Part shown: positions 13,635-25,610 of the stretch, piece after piece
Position numbering within the stretch: the stretch's first letter is position 1
How the letters are laid out: every line of letters starts with the position of its first letter
NCBI RefSeq assembly: GCF_011386835.1
Contig: NC_088811.1
Coordinates: 11,346,001-11,410,000, forward strand
DNA length: 64,000 nucleotides
From: Chrysemys picta bellii
Taxonomy: Eukaryota
Direction: 5' to 3'
The notes under the pieces: model-generated
Told to the model about the DNA's origin: nothing
The model's database searches: none
What the model saw: the letters and a program-made list of their open reading frames with translations, nothing else
Program-made: the position numbers and the translations under genes

Positions 13635-13905
13635 GAGATCACTTCACCTACCATTGAAATGGAGCCACCTTGAAGGTACAATGCAGCAGCTGTTTAACAA
13701 TATTGCAAGAGTTTTAGGACAGGAAATGAAGAATACTGTATCCAAGTGATCTTGCAGGGGGAGACTTGTAGGGATGGAGAATGTAATTACCTGAGTTAAA
13801 AATTTGCTAAGATACTTGAAAGGCACCAGGACATCTTCAATGACCACAAAGAGTCGGGTTCTCTGTTTTATGTCTCATATGAAAGGCACAGCCCAGTATC
13901 CTTTT
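13635..13905 (-). mobile_element. AmnSINE1 (DeuSINE) fragment
   Basis: Reverse strand gtgcctttcatatgagacataaaac...tgtggtcattgaagat...gtaattacattc...ttggatacagtattcttcatttcctgtcctaaa...ttaaacagctgc...ggtggctccatttcaatggtaggtgaagtgatc matches the recalled Deu-domain and 3' part of AmnSINE1. Confidence 0.75.
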
Positions 13906-13984
13906 ACATTATTCTAGGACACTGGCTCCTTATTAAGTTTGAGGAAAGAATACCCAACACCCCTTTCTGCAGTATTGTTGTGGT

Positions 13985-14925
13985 TGTGAAGGCTAATTCC
14001 CCACTCTGGCACTTCGAGTGCAAAAGGTGGGGGCCCACAAGGATTCTAAAAATTAATACTGGCCACTCCAGGCTTGAATTTAAACTCCCAAAATTACAGC
14101 TTCTCTCTGACCTTGGATAGGTAGATGCAGCCACCACCCAAGTGCAGAACCCCTTTGAGAATCCAGGAAGGCGCAATTGGGAATTCCTTCCTGTGGGGTA
14201 CCCTCAAGCCCTTTCACCTGCCCTCGGGGGAAGAGCTGAGAAAGAAAAAAAAAAAGAAATCAGCTGTTCTCACCAGCTAATTAAACAACCTGTGCACAAA
14301 CCTCTTAAAATACAAAAATCCAATTTTGTTCTTAAAAAAGGTAAATTTTATTAATAAAAAAAAAAGAAAGAAAATACATCTGGGAATTTAGGCATTTGCT
14401 AGATTTAAAAAAAAAACTACAAGGATTAAGCATCAAGAATAGCTTTCTTGAGGTCCATCTTAAAGGTTACAAGCAAAACAAAAGCACCTGGGGTTAGCAC
14501 AGAGGAATCCACAAGCCATAAAGGAATAAAAGAGAGAAATCTAATTGCGTCTTCTTAGACATTTCCTGATCTACTTACATATCTGGGGTTTCAAATTAGT
14601 AGTTTCTAGGTATGATACTGATGGGTTTTCATACCTGGCCCAAGCTCTTACAGTATAGCTCTGTCCTGTCCGCCTCTCCCCGGAGAACAACCCAGACAGA
14701 CAAAAGAGGAGTCATTTTTCAATTTTAAAAAGTTCTAGCCTTCCCATTGGCTCTTCTGGCCAGGTGTCCACTCACTTCCTTTTCCCTATTCATAGCAGTG
14801 AGACTTTTTAACCCTTTATGGGTAGAGCGATTAGAGAACAGCTACTAAGAGGTATTTTATAGCTACTGGCTGGCTGGGTGTCCATAAAAGAGAGCTCTGC
14901 CCCCCCCCCCCCCCCATTTATCACA
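13985..14925 (-). mobile_element. Solo LTR (about 940 bp) of a turtle LTR retrotransposon or ERV
   Basis: TG...CA termini (tgtgaa at 13985; tcaca at 14921-14925). Near-perfect 5-bp TSD gtggt/gtggg. Minus strand starts TGTGATAAATGGGG and contains a TATAAAA-like box. No internal ORF. Confidence 0.7.
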
Positions 14926-16086
14926 GTGGGCTTTGAAGGCCTCGCTACCATGTATTGAGCCAAGATGACTCTGTTTATCTTGTGAGATCTGTTGGTCTCC
15001 CTAGGACCTCAAACGGGAGCCGTAGAATGAAGAGATTGAACACTTTTCAGCACTAGCAAACTTGCAACTGTTCCCATCTGAATCCAAGTTATCTGCAGTC
15101 ACATCTGCTCTTGGCACTCTGCTAATGTTTGCCCAGTGCTGATAATGTTCAGCCTATACAGAGAAGATTCCAGCTTCAGGTTGCTCATGACCCAATAGTA
15201 CAAATGCATTCATGAGTTGGAGATTAGGACCACAGCTCTATGTTGTTAGTTTAATTTTTTTTTCCTGAAAGTGATTGAGAATCTCCATCCATCTGCTAAG
15301 AAGACATGTCTCCCTATCCTGCCAGTCTCGCATGTGCATATCCGTCATCTGGTGTTCTGTGCCAGCCTATTCATCATGCTGACTCTTCCCCCATCAATTT
15401 TCCCACTGCTTGTGTTATCTGAACTTGTCATGAACTCTACAGATTTTCTCAGCTTTGTGCCAAGAGGAAATGTGCAACAGCAGTGCCAGCAAAGCTTCAC
15501 CAACCGATCAACTGTTAGGATATCCCGGGGAGTTGATTAGATAGCACTATTCCTTGGGGCTGCTGAGCTTTTGGAAAAAGGTGGAGCTTTTAGGATGAGG
15601 GATATACATTCCTCCTTCCCCCTTCCTCCAAGATTTGGAAGAAAGATAGGGGGCAAACCACTGAACCCCCATACAAATGGGGAGAATGATTCACATCCTG
15701 CCTCTGATTATGGCCAGTGCCTGGGATTTAAGAGATGACAAAAATCATGCAACTTCCAGGATAGCTGCTTGTTGGTGGTGGAGACAAAAGAAGGGGAGAT
15801 CCTTCCTGGTCACTGCAAGAGATCATCTTATGTTCTGACGCATGGGCTTTGCTTAGCATAAATGTTATCAATTGTTGAAAAATCACCCAGCCTTTATTTT
15901 TGATAGGAAATAGCAGGGATGGAATCAAGAATGGAACTGGGAAGCACAGTGAATGCCTCTAAACGTTTAGTTCTGGTCAGGAGACTTTAGAAATGATCTC
16001 TTTGTGTTTGAAACTCCACTGTGATCAAGGGATGCTTAATAATTTTTTTTCAAGTTGCATTGTATAACAATGTAAAAGCTTGAAAT

Positions 16087-16430
16087 TAGAGCTGGTTGAA
16101 AAATGAAATTTCTGTCCTATGGGAAATTCTGAGATATTGAATTGGAATAAAAAGTTTAAAATTCAGAATTTTTTGCAAAATGAAGTATTCCAAAATATTT
16201 TCTTACTATTATAATTTATAATATAAGGGACAGATGTAATAAAACATAATATAAAAGTCAAAATGATGAAATTGAAATAGAATATTTTGATATTATCAAA
16301 ACAAAATGTTTTGATAACTTCTCATTGAAAACATCAATGAAATTGAGATCTTCCTGTGAAATATTTCCATTTAGTTGAATCAGCATTTTCTAATGGAAAA
16401 ATGTTTTTTGAAACATTTTGACAGTTCACT
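16087..16430. mobile_element. Decayed AT-rich DNA transposon remnant
   Basis: Starts tagagctggttgaaaaat, AT-rich body, degenerate right end ttttgacagttc. Confidence 0.45.
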
Positions 16431-17674
16431 TGGAACTGAAATGCTTCTTTACGGAAGTTCTTCCTGCAACCAAATAAGTATCTAATGGTTTGTTTTTGTA
16501 GGCTTGCTCCCAGGAGCAGAGCAGCACACCCTGTTTCGTGCTTGCAGGTTTGCTCATGAGGTGCTAGGCTGTTGGCTTTGAACTGCAGCATTTTCTGCTG
16601 GGGGGAACCCTCACTTGGACCTGCAAAAAGACAGAAGAGGAAAAAAGGCAGGGCAAACTTAGGGCCAACCAACCTTGACAGCATGACCCTTTAAGTAACA
16701 TTTCCAGTGGGGTTTGATAAGTGCTTTGCAGTTTCATGTCAAAAAGATGAAAATTGCTGTGACTTTTTCATCTGGTTTCTGTGCAAGGCTCTGAAAAGTG
16801 CATTGCATGAAGCACCTGTTTGATGTTTTAATGATGTTGCAGAAGAATCCATTGAGGGAGAGAGACGCACAGAGTTGACATCCTCTAAATGCTCATTTAT
16901 TTGTTCCATAACAGAGGGTACAAGTCACATTAGTAGTAATAGCTTCTCTCTTACTTCAGGCTCACCCTGTGACACACTTGAGCCATTTAGATTTGCATTC
17001 CACAGAAAAAGAGAGCTGATTTCATTTACAGTACAGTGAGTGAAGAATCAGGCATAATTCCCATTTCTCTCAGCTCACTTGTCATCCAGGAAATTCAGCA
17101 GTATTTCAGTGGAGCAGGGTCCATCAGCACCTCTGTTGTGTGTTCATAGTTTTCAAAGTATTGGTAAATTGGAATACATTTATACAGTGCCCAGAACACA
17201 CTCAGACAGTCCCTAGAAAGTTGTGTTTGCTCCAGATGTAGTCTTTATTTTAACAAATAAATGGAATGTTACTGTTTATAATAGTGACTTTCATTCTGGC
17301 TATCTGACAATAACTATGTAATGTAAAAGTGACTCTGCAAAATTAGCTCCTTTTGCTTCCTGTGTGTGTTTTGAGTCATACTTGCCTTGTTTACTGTCAA
17401 AACGTTGTTTCCATTCCTGTTAGTACTGCAGAGCTCATGCCACTATGGCAGAGTGAGCTGGATTCCATTCTGGATCAAATTGTCAGCTAAATTCTGAGTT
17501 TTGAATCTTTAGTATTGATGATGCTGGGCAGAGAGAACAAAGCCAGATCTTCAGACTCTAGGTTAAGATTGCAGCCGTGACAGTTAGGAAAGTCATCTTT
17601 TGATGTATGTATTTAAGAAATTTAGCTGTGGATATCCTTGAGTGAGAGAATAAATATAGGGCAGGTAGAGGTAG

Positions 17675-17915
17675 GCTAGTGTGATGGTTATAGCTCAGAA
17701 CCAGGTGTCAGGAGATCCAGGTTCTATTTCTGTCTCTGCCAGGGACTTCTTGCATGATCTGGGGCAAGTAACATAAGCTCTCTGGGTCTCAGCATCCTCA
17801 TCTATAAAATGAGGATAATGATGATTACTTCCACCTCACAGGCATGTTGAGCTTTAACCCATTCACATTTGTAAAGGGATTTGGGATCCTCATACTGAAG
17901 TTGCTAGATAAGTGT
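17675..17915 (+). mobile_element. MIR-like CORE-SINE
   Basis: Core ttggggcaagtaacataagctctctgggtctcagcatcctcatctataaaatgaggataatg. Confidence 0.8.
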
Positions 17916-19669
17916 GTATCCTGCAATGTGTGATTTTTGAACTGCATTTTCAGAGACACAGAGAATTTACCTCAATCGGACATATAAGGCAGGGGAAGTT
18001 TGTCAGAATGCCAAGACTCGAGCAGATTGCGTGCAATCCTAATCTAGCCCTGGAGCTCTGACCTTTGAAGCAAGCTTCACCTTCAGACAGCCAAAGAGAT
18101 CTATATACGCTTGTATAAAAATATGTTTTTGGGTTGAAGGAGGAGTTCAGTCTCCATGGCCATCCAGCCCAGGGAAATTCAGTCTGTAACCCACTCATGA
18201 ATGAACTCTCTCTTCCAGTTTTGGAGGGACAGCCCTCTTCCCTGGGACTGGAGTGGGGAATGTAATCTAGGACGTGCCATGTTACTCTTCCGATGAACTC
18301 CGTCTCACTCATGTTGATGCTGCCCTGTCCGGGGTGGGATGGGGGAGATGAATTAAGTCTCCATATTAATTTAGTCTGTGGGCTTTCCTGGGCCACAGTT
18401 GTGTTGTGTAATAGACCACATCTTTTGTAGTGACAAGGGGGACTGAATGCTCATGTTGCTATAATCACATTACTTTTTTCTGCTCCCCACCACTCCCTCC
18501 CTAATTTTAACCTGAAGGAGGACCCTCCTTGGATAGGAGGGGAATTAAGTCTTGAGTCTGTTCATTCTGGCTCTTTCTGATGGATCCTAGCCCAGAATGG
18601 ACCCCCAGCCCTAGGATGAGAGAGGAGAATTCATTCTCCATTAAATCTGAGGCTCTCTTAAGTAAAAACTGTTGACTTTGTCATATTGTGCAAATGTGCA
18701 TTGCTTTTATCAAGACAATAAAGGGTAAATGGGGTGATCTCTGCTCCTGTGGAGCGGTCGGATGGTTACATTACACAATCTTCTAGAACATCTTGTAGCA
18801 AATACATGGGTTATATTAAAAGTTGCAATCATATCATTTTTTAAAGTAAATTGCTGACCTTCTGCAGTGGAATCAGCTTTATTGAATTTCGCCAAAAATG
18901 CGTTTATAATTCCCCCTCTGCCCCTGCATACACACGATATTCATGTCCTTGCTGTCCATGTGGAAATGTCCCTTTTTATGGTGATAAACAAAATTAAATT
19001 TGTCTTTGCCTCTGCTGCCCTGCCTCACCTTTAAGATTCCGTTAGGGGGGTGGGTAGGGATGCCAGTAGATGGCCTTACTCCAGAGGGAGGCTGGGCTGT
19101 GTCCCTGCACAAAGAGATAGGACATTGGACTGTGGCCGGAGGCCTCTGAACAAATCACATATCTAAATTTTGCCTGTTGGCAGAAATCTTTACTGCCATG
19201 GAAGCATTTCACATTTAGGGGGCGGATAAGGTATAGGACAGGTATAGCTCAGGTATTTTCTAGGAATGCTGAGGCATTATATAAAACATTAATTTTGACT
19301 TTAAATGCCTATATTTTGTTCTTAGGTGCTTTTTAATTACCATACACTACAAAGAATAAAATTCACAAATAATTATTGATGTAGCCTCATAATTTCACAA
19401 TTATACTCCTCCCCAGTAATAAACGATAATAATCCCTCAGCCCCCTCCCTGAATTCCTGAAAGAAGAGGTACTTTGCATATGGCCAGGAAGTTAACAAAC
19501 TTATATCCTGCACTTCTAAAGCAGTGTACATGTTGAAAGCACTGTACAAACATTAGCTAATCCTCAGAACACACTGTGTGGAAGCAAAGTATTATCTCCT
19601 TTTCTACACTCCTTTCTGATTGTACTTCCTCATCTGGTTAGCCCTTTTCATTTTAAAAGCATTTTACAA

Positions 19670-19850
19670 ATGTTAATCCTCAGGACACTGCTGGGAGGTA
19701 GACAGAAACTATTATTATCCCCATTTTACAGATGAAGAAACTGAGGTACAGAGGTTCAGAAGGAGTCAGTGTACCAGATCTGGAACTAGAATAGAGGAGT
19801 TCCTTGCTCCCAGTCCTGAGCTTAGAACACCATATTGTGCTAAGGTGCCA
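19670..19850 (-). mobile_element. MIR-like CORE-SINE
   Basis: attattatccccattttacagatgaagaaactgaggtacagagg (reverse core). Confidence 0.8.
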
Positions 19851-20717
19851 ATATAAATCAATATGTTGTTGTTGAGACAGCATAATTTCTCAGACTATTT
19901 TTATGTATTTCCTTCTACAGGCCCCAGCTTCGTTTGTAACTAGTTGTATTCGCCACAGTCCAAACAGAATCATGTAAGTAGATGAAAGGGCAAGCTGTCT
20001 CTACAATGCTTGGCATTTGCCTCTTTCTGCTACATTTCCCCCAATCCCTCTCTTTGGGCATTTAAAAGACCAGTTTCTCATATCTTAAGTGAAGAATATC
20101 CCTGCTCCCACTCCTAGAGTAACCAGGAGCATGCAGCTGTTAAACCCAGAAATATAAAATACATGTTTAAAAGATGACTCTGAGTGTGTTTAAAAAGAGC
20201 GAGAGAGAAGAGGAGTTCAGGGGAACCAAAAAATAGCAGCTTCCATTACGGTAATTAAATGGCAGCATTTAACCTATCAGGCTGTTGCGTGTATGTGAGA
20301 GGCGAGCAGGGAGCTGCATTTGAAATGATCACTGTATTCCTTGGGGAACAGAGTAGTTAAATAATTTGTTTGTGAGGTGTGAGTTCAGTGTCGGTAAAGC
20401 GAGCATGTGTGTGTTAGGAGCTGCGAGGAGAAGGTGGTGGCGGCTATGAGTTTACAGAGAATACCCTGGGGGTTGGTATTTACTAGCACCTGTGTGCTGT
20501 CAATAAGAACACAAGCTGCTGTTGCCTGTTGGTTAAGTGATCAGAGGATTTGGGGCCTCACCTAGTTCCAGGTATTGCATCATAAAGGCAGAACTTGCTT
20601 CACGCCAGGCCGCCTGGGACAGGCGCGAGGAACTGTTAAAGAAAACTAGGGAGAAAATGGGGGAAGAAGTGAATGGAGTCATTCTGATGAACTTCAGACA
20701 CTGCAGTGACTATAAAG

Positions 20718-20960
20718 CAGCGGTGGGCAACCTGCAGCCTGCTGGCCGCACGCGGCCCGTCCGGGTAATCCGCTGGCGGGCTGTGAGACAGTTTGTTTAC
20801 GTTGACCGTCTGCAGGCACGGATGCTAGTGGCGAACCGCGGCCACTGGGAGCTGCGGGCGGCTGTGCCTACGGACGGTCAATGTAGACAAACTGTCTCGC
20901 AGCCCGCCAGCAGATTACGGGGTGCTTGTGGCCCACGGGCTGCAAGTTGCCCACCAGCAG
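20718..20960. mobile_element. Palindromic hAT-type MITE
   Basis: Terminal inverted repeats cagcggtgggcaacc / gttgcccacc. Long internal inverted arms taatccgctggcgggctgtgagacagtttgtttacgttgaccgtc / gacggtcaatgtagacaaactgtctcgcagcccgccagcagatta. CpG-rich. Confidence 0.85.
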
Positions 20961-22599
20961 TAGTAAGTTGTTGTAAAGGATAAATTGTTCTATCTGGTCA
21001 TTGCACTTGGCACTCAAGAATGTGGGGTTAGGGATCCCGAGGGAACAAGCTACTGCATAGAGATCTGCCACTTAAACATCACATCAAGCAGCAGCTTCCG
21101 CTGCAACAGAGAGTGGTCCACTTGTGCCTGGCATCATTCCTGCACTTCGAGGATGTAGCTTTTCAGATGGATACGGAGTGACAGGAATCAGCAAAGCATG
21201 CCCTTCCTGCCCCTTTTATCACTGAGCCCAACTCTGTGCAGATAATGGGGAAGCTGTTTGTGCACCCCTATGTGCTGAGAGATGAAGTTTGTTCGCGTTT
21301 TGTCCCCTGTTAAGTGAGTTTCCTGTTCAGTGTCATCTAGGGTCTGTCTGCCTCTTCTCATCCCCCCCGCTATATTTGAAAGATGTTTCATTTGTCTAGA
21401 GAGTATTTCCAGACACCAGAACTTCAAGACCTGTCCTGGCACAATGTGAAAGGATACTGGAAAATCTCCAGCCCCTCCAGCTGCCCCACCATCTAGTCTA
21501 ATGGATGCTCAGTAACATACCCACAAATGTTTCTGAATATTCACGCCAGTTTTTAAATTAATTTACTTCAACCATGTTTTTGCCTCTCTTTTGTTTGCTT
21601 TCTGTGAAGATTCCAGCCAATGAGCTCACTGGCAGAAAACAACCACTGTTCATGGAAAGCAAATCCTGAAATCACAATTGAGTGTTCACCCCAGAAACCT
21701 AATTTTAATAGAACCCAAATGTGTAAAGGTTTTTTATTATACAAGTAAGAAAACTCCGGAGGTGTATTGGCATGGTAATCGTAACCCTAGAGAACCATGT
21801 TTTGTGTATGTCCAGAGAGAGCAATGATGAAACTCCTTTTATACCTTACCACTCGAATACGCTGTGTGCGTATGTGTAGTCACCATAGTATTTTCCACTG
21901 CTTCATTATTTTTACTATTGTTAGCATGAGTCGTCTTTTGGGCATTTTATCCAGACTTCTTTAGTTTTCTTCAGAACTCGGAAGAGCTGCTGACGACTCA
22001 TGGAAAAAAACACTCTTGTGTCTAAATGGAACATTTTCCATTAGATTTGCATGTCCCCTGTATTTTCTGTCTTTCTTCCCTTCGCCTTTATTACTAAGTA
22101 CACATAACCCAAATACAAAATTTTTGTTTCTTAAAAGTTCATCTGCTGCTGTTTCTTACCCCCCACCTGCGATCAGTGTCCTGTGTGATGACATAGATGG
22201 TTGTTTTCTAAATGCATATGAGGTAACCAACAGAATTGTGAAGGGCAGGTAGATATAATTTAAAAATATATTTAAAAATTACAAAGCAGGATTACCTCTT
22301 AAATAGAATGTATTTCAACACTTTTATTGGCACCATCAGCCTTTAATTTTACAGGTGGCTAGCTTTGTACTAGCATTCAGCAAACATTGTTTTAATGGCA
22401 TTTAAAAGATGTATCTAAAACAAAAAAGAATAAAGAAACCAGGTGTGATTTGTAATCTGTAATGAATACTAGCTGCCACGCTTCCTCATCTTAGTATATT
22501 GGCATGTCTCTCACTTTCAGGAAGATGCAAATCAGAGGTGCCATAATAATACTACCATTTAGATGGATTTTTCCTTATCAAGTTAATCCCCTCAATACC

Positions 22600-22750
22600 C
22601 TGATGAAGTATATAGTGTGCAACGTTATCCCCGTATTACAGATGGGCAAATTGAGGCAGAAAGGTGAGGTGACTTGCGTGATGCATAGAGGGAATCTGTG
22701 ACAGAGAAGGATTTTAGAACTCCCTAGTTCCTGGCTTCTATCCTGTGTTC
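22600..22750 (-). mobile_element. MIR-like CORE-SINE
   Basis: ttatccccgtattacagatgggcaaattgaggcagaaaggtgaggtgacttgc. Confidence 0.75.
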
Positions 22751-24754
22751 ATTTCTGTAGAGCATTCTCCTCTGGCTTTGGGAATGGGCAGTAGTAGGTA
22801 ATTGTGCTCACCCCATCATTGCAACACTTTCTGATGTAAGGAGGGCATAATACACATAGCAGTATTGTATGTGACTTAGTGTGTCTTTGGTGTGTCTCAT
22901 CGCCTGTTGCACACTTAAAAGGGTCAACAGCTACACATTTTAGATGTTTTTTCCTTGGCATTTGCTAGGCTGATTTGTTTAGTTGGTTCATTTGTGAAGT
23001 TTAAAATGTTGATAGTAACAGAGGCAGCAAGAAACATCAAGGCAAATACATTCCAATCAATCTTAGCTGTAGAGAGTACTCCCTGATAGCCATTGTGTAA
23101 TGTAAAATATGCCAGATTCCCTTCCAAGTGGAGCCATCAGAAATTCTAGAGTAAAATAAAGAACCAAGAATGGCAACTGAAGACAAGATTTTTAATTCTT
23201 TTATATAGAAAAAGCATCCTAATAAATCCTGTTAAATGATTCTTTAATATGCCCTGCATTTGCTAGCAAGCTGTCACCAGTACTTCTGTAAGATTTGTTA
23301 CTCCAAAACCTCAGACTTCAAAAACTCTGGGTCTGGAATTTCATACTAGTCTTCCAGTCCCGCAGGTCGACGTGAATTTTCTGATCCAAATTCATTCCAA
23401 GTCTTTCAAGAGATGCAGAGCCATGTGGATAAACCTATACAAGAAATTGGAATTTTTATAAAAGTTTCTTTATGAAAGTTGGCGACGATTGGACAGTGAA
23501 TTCCAGAACCACTTTCCAGCAAGGGAATCCTGACTAAAAGAGTTAACCAAACCTGTCAGTCTATAAAATGATGCCTCTCTTCTCCACCATTCAAAACGTT
23601 TCCTCTTCAAGTTAATTTGATCTTACATGGGAACTTTGAAGAAAGGGCCGTATGTGGCCAACAGTTCTCGTACCTTGGACTATTGGAGGCCTTTGCCTTC
23701 AGTTTTCAGTGCTGGGAGCAAACCGCCTTGCAAAGAGTGTGTCTTCAGAGTTGGCCATTGAGCATCTAGCACTCAACAAAGGAGCCTCTTGAGCTTTTGC
23801 CGCTGTTCCTGCTGGAGCTCCCCTGCAATAACAAAGGAGCTGTTTGAGTTCCCGCTGCCCCCTCCAGAATGCCCCCCACCGTCTTCTGTGCTAGAATTCT
23901 GTAGTGATGTTAATCAGTCAGCCTAGGTCTTGAAGGGATCAGTATGGCTGGTTGTGCCTTGAAAATGCTAGTCAGCTCACGTGACTTGGAAATATAGCTT
24001 AATATTTTAATTCTAAAGATAAAAAAATCCTTCTGAAATTCGGGAGGGGGGGTTTGTCACCTGGTTTTGAAAGAGAACCTCAAGCTTTTCCCTCTGTACC
24101 CCCAAAATACTGACATTTTCTCCCCCTCCACCCGGAAAAAATGTTCTCCCAGATTGTACATCAGCCAAACGTCAGTATCGTTCTAATCATTATCTGCTAC
24201 TAAATAACTTTTAAAGAGTTAAGGATGGACATTTTTTTCACACTTAGGAACTGTATGAAAGTCCTTTAACCTTTCTGTTTCTTGTTAAGATTGGCAGCCA
24301 TGCTGCTTTCTATAGCTAACTTTTTTAAACTAAGATTTGTGTGAGGGTTTTCTTCCCCACCTCTCCACGCCCAATAATACAGCTGGTTAATTTGTGTGCT
24401 GTGTAGACCAAAAACTATTCAAGTGTCAGAGAAGTGAGCCCATAGTAGGAATAAATTGCCTTTTCCTCCTGGATCCTTTGGAACGTGAGTTCTTAGCGTG
24501 GTCCCACTTTAGCAAAGAATAGGTTTCGTGGACTACCTTCCAATCTCATTTTCAGTCACACAGCATCTCTATGACAATTATAGCAATTGCTTACCAGAAA
24601 AATTAGGATTAGGAAAATATTGCTGTAATTTAATTGTGTTTAATGCAATTACCTTTTTGTCCTTAATAAAACCTCAACCAAACAACTGATCACACTGTGT
24701 CGTTATCTGTTCTTAATGTCATCTTCCCCTTCCATGCACTGTTGTTATATATTC

Positions 24755-24875
24755 TTTGTATTGTGATAGAAAGAGCTCCATTGATGGATCGAGGCCCTAT
24801 TGTGCCCGGTGCTGTCCAGACACAGAACAAGAGTGCCTGCACCAAAGAATTTACAATCTTAAGTAAAAGACAAGA
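24755..24875 (-). mobile_element. L2-type 3' tail fragment
   Basis: ggccctattgtgcccggtgctgtccagacacagaac...aatttacaatct is the reverse of the same tail. Confidence 0.65.
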
Positions 24876-25344
24876 AAAAGCAGGTGGATACAATTAATTG
24901 ACTGAGTCCTCTCTCTCCACGCACATGCCTCTTTGCTGTCTGGTTCCCTTCTCCCCTGCATGTGTGCTATAGCTCTTGGTTACCGACTCCCTGAACATGC
25001 TACCCAGTCTCTAGGTACCCTTCCCTCTTGTTCCAGCTCCCTTCGTGTGCTGCCTAGATACCTACTCCCCTTGATAATCTGTCCACTGGTTCCCCTTCAT
25101 ATGCATCCAGTTCCCTGCTCTTCTCCCCCTAGCATCTCCTGGTGGTGGCTCGAGTAGTCCTACTGTTGTCTAAGATCCCCATCGGCACCTCCTGTTAGTT
25201 CCTCCTCTTTCCCTCTTTCTGTTATTTTAGTCATGGGCCATAATGGAGGCATCTAGGCTGGCCTCTGCTCCTTGTTCCAGCAACATTTACAGGTACCTAG
25301 ACCCTTTTGATGCCTGTAGTATCAGCTTGGAAAAAAGGAGCACC

Positions 25345-25610
25345 ATGGTTCAGTGGACAGGGCACTGGACTAGGACTCTTTGGAAGAGGGTTCTCTGCCC
25401 ATCTCTGCCATTGACCTGCCTTGTGACCTTGGCCAAGTCACCTCCCCCCTCTGTGTCTCTGTTTCCTCCCTCACCCTTGCTCTATCTTGTCTATTTAGAC
25501 TGTGAACTCTTAGGCAGAGAGTTCCCCCCACTATGTGTATGGACAGCACCTAGCACAATGGGGCCCTGATCTCTGCTGGGGGCTTTTGGCACTACTTCTA
25601 ATACAAATAA
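25345..25610 (+). mobile_element. MIR-like SINE joined to an L2-type 3' tail
   Basis: Core gtgaccttggccaagtcac, then cttgtctatttagactgtgaactc...acagcacctagcacaatggggccc...aatacaaataaa. Confidence 0.75.

Noticed and set aside
20537-20983. 148-aa Arg/Ala-rich ORF
   Set aside because: Mostly read through a palindromic GC-rich MITE; no recognisable domain.
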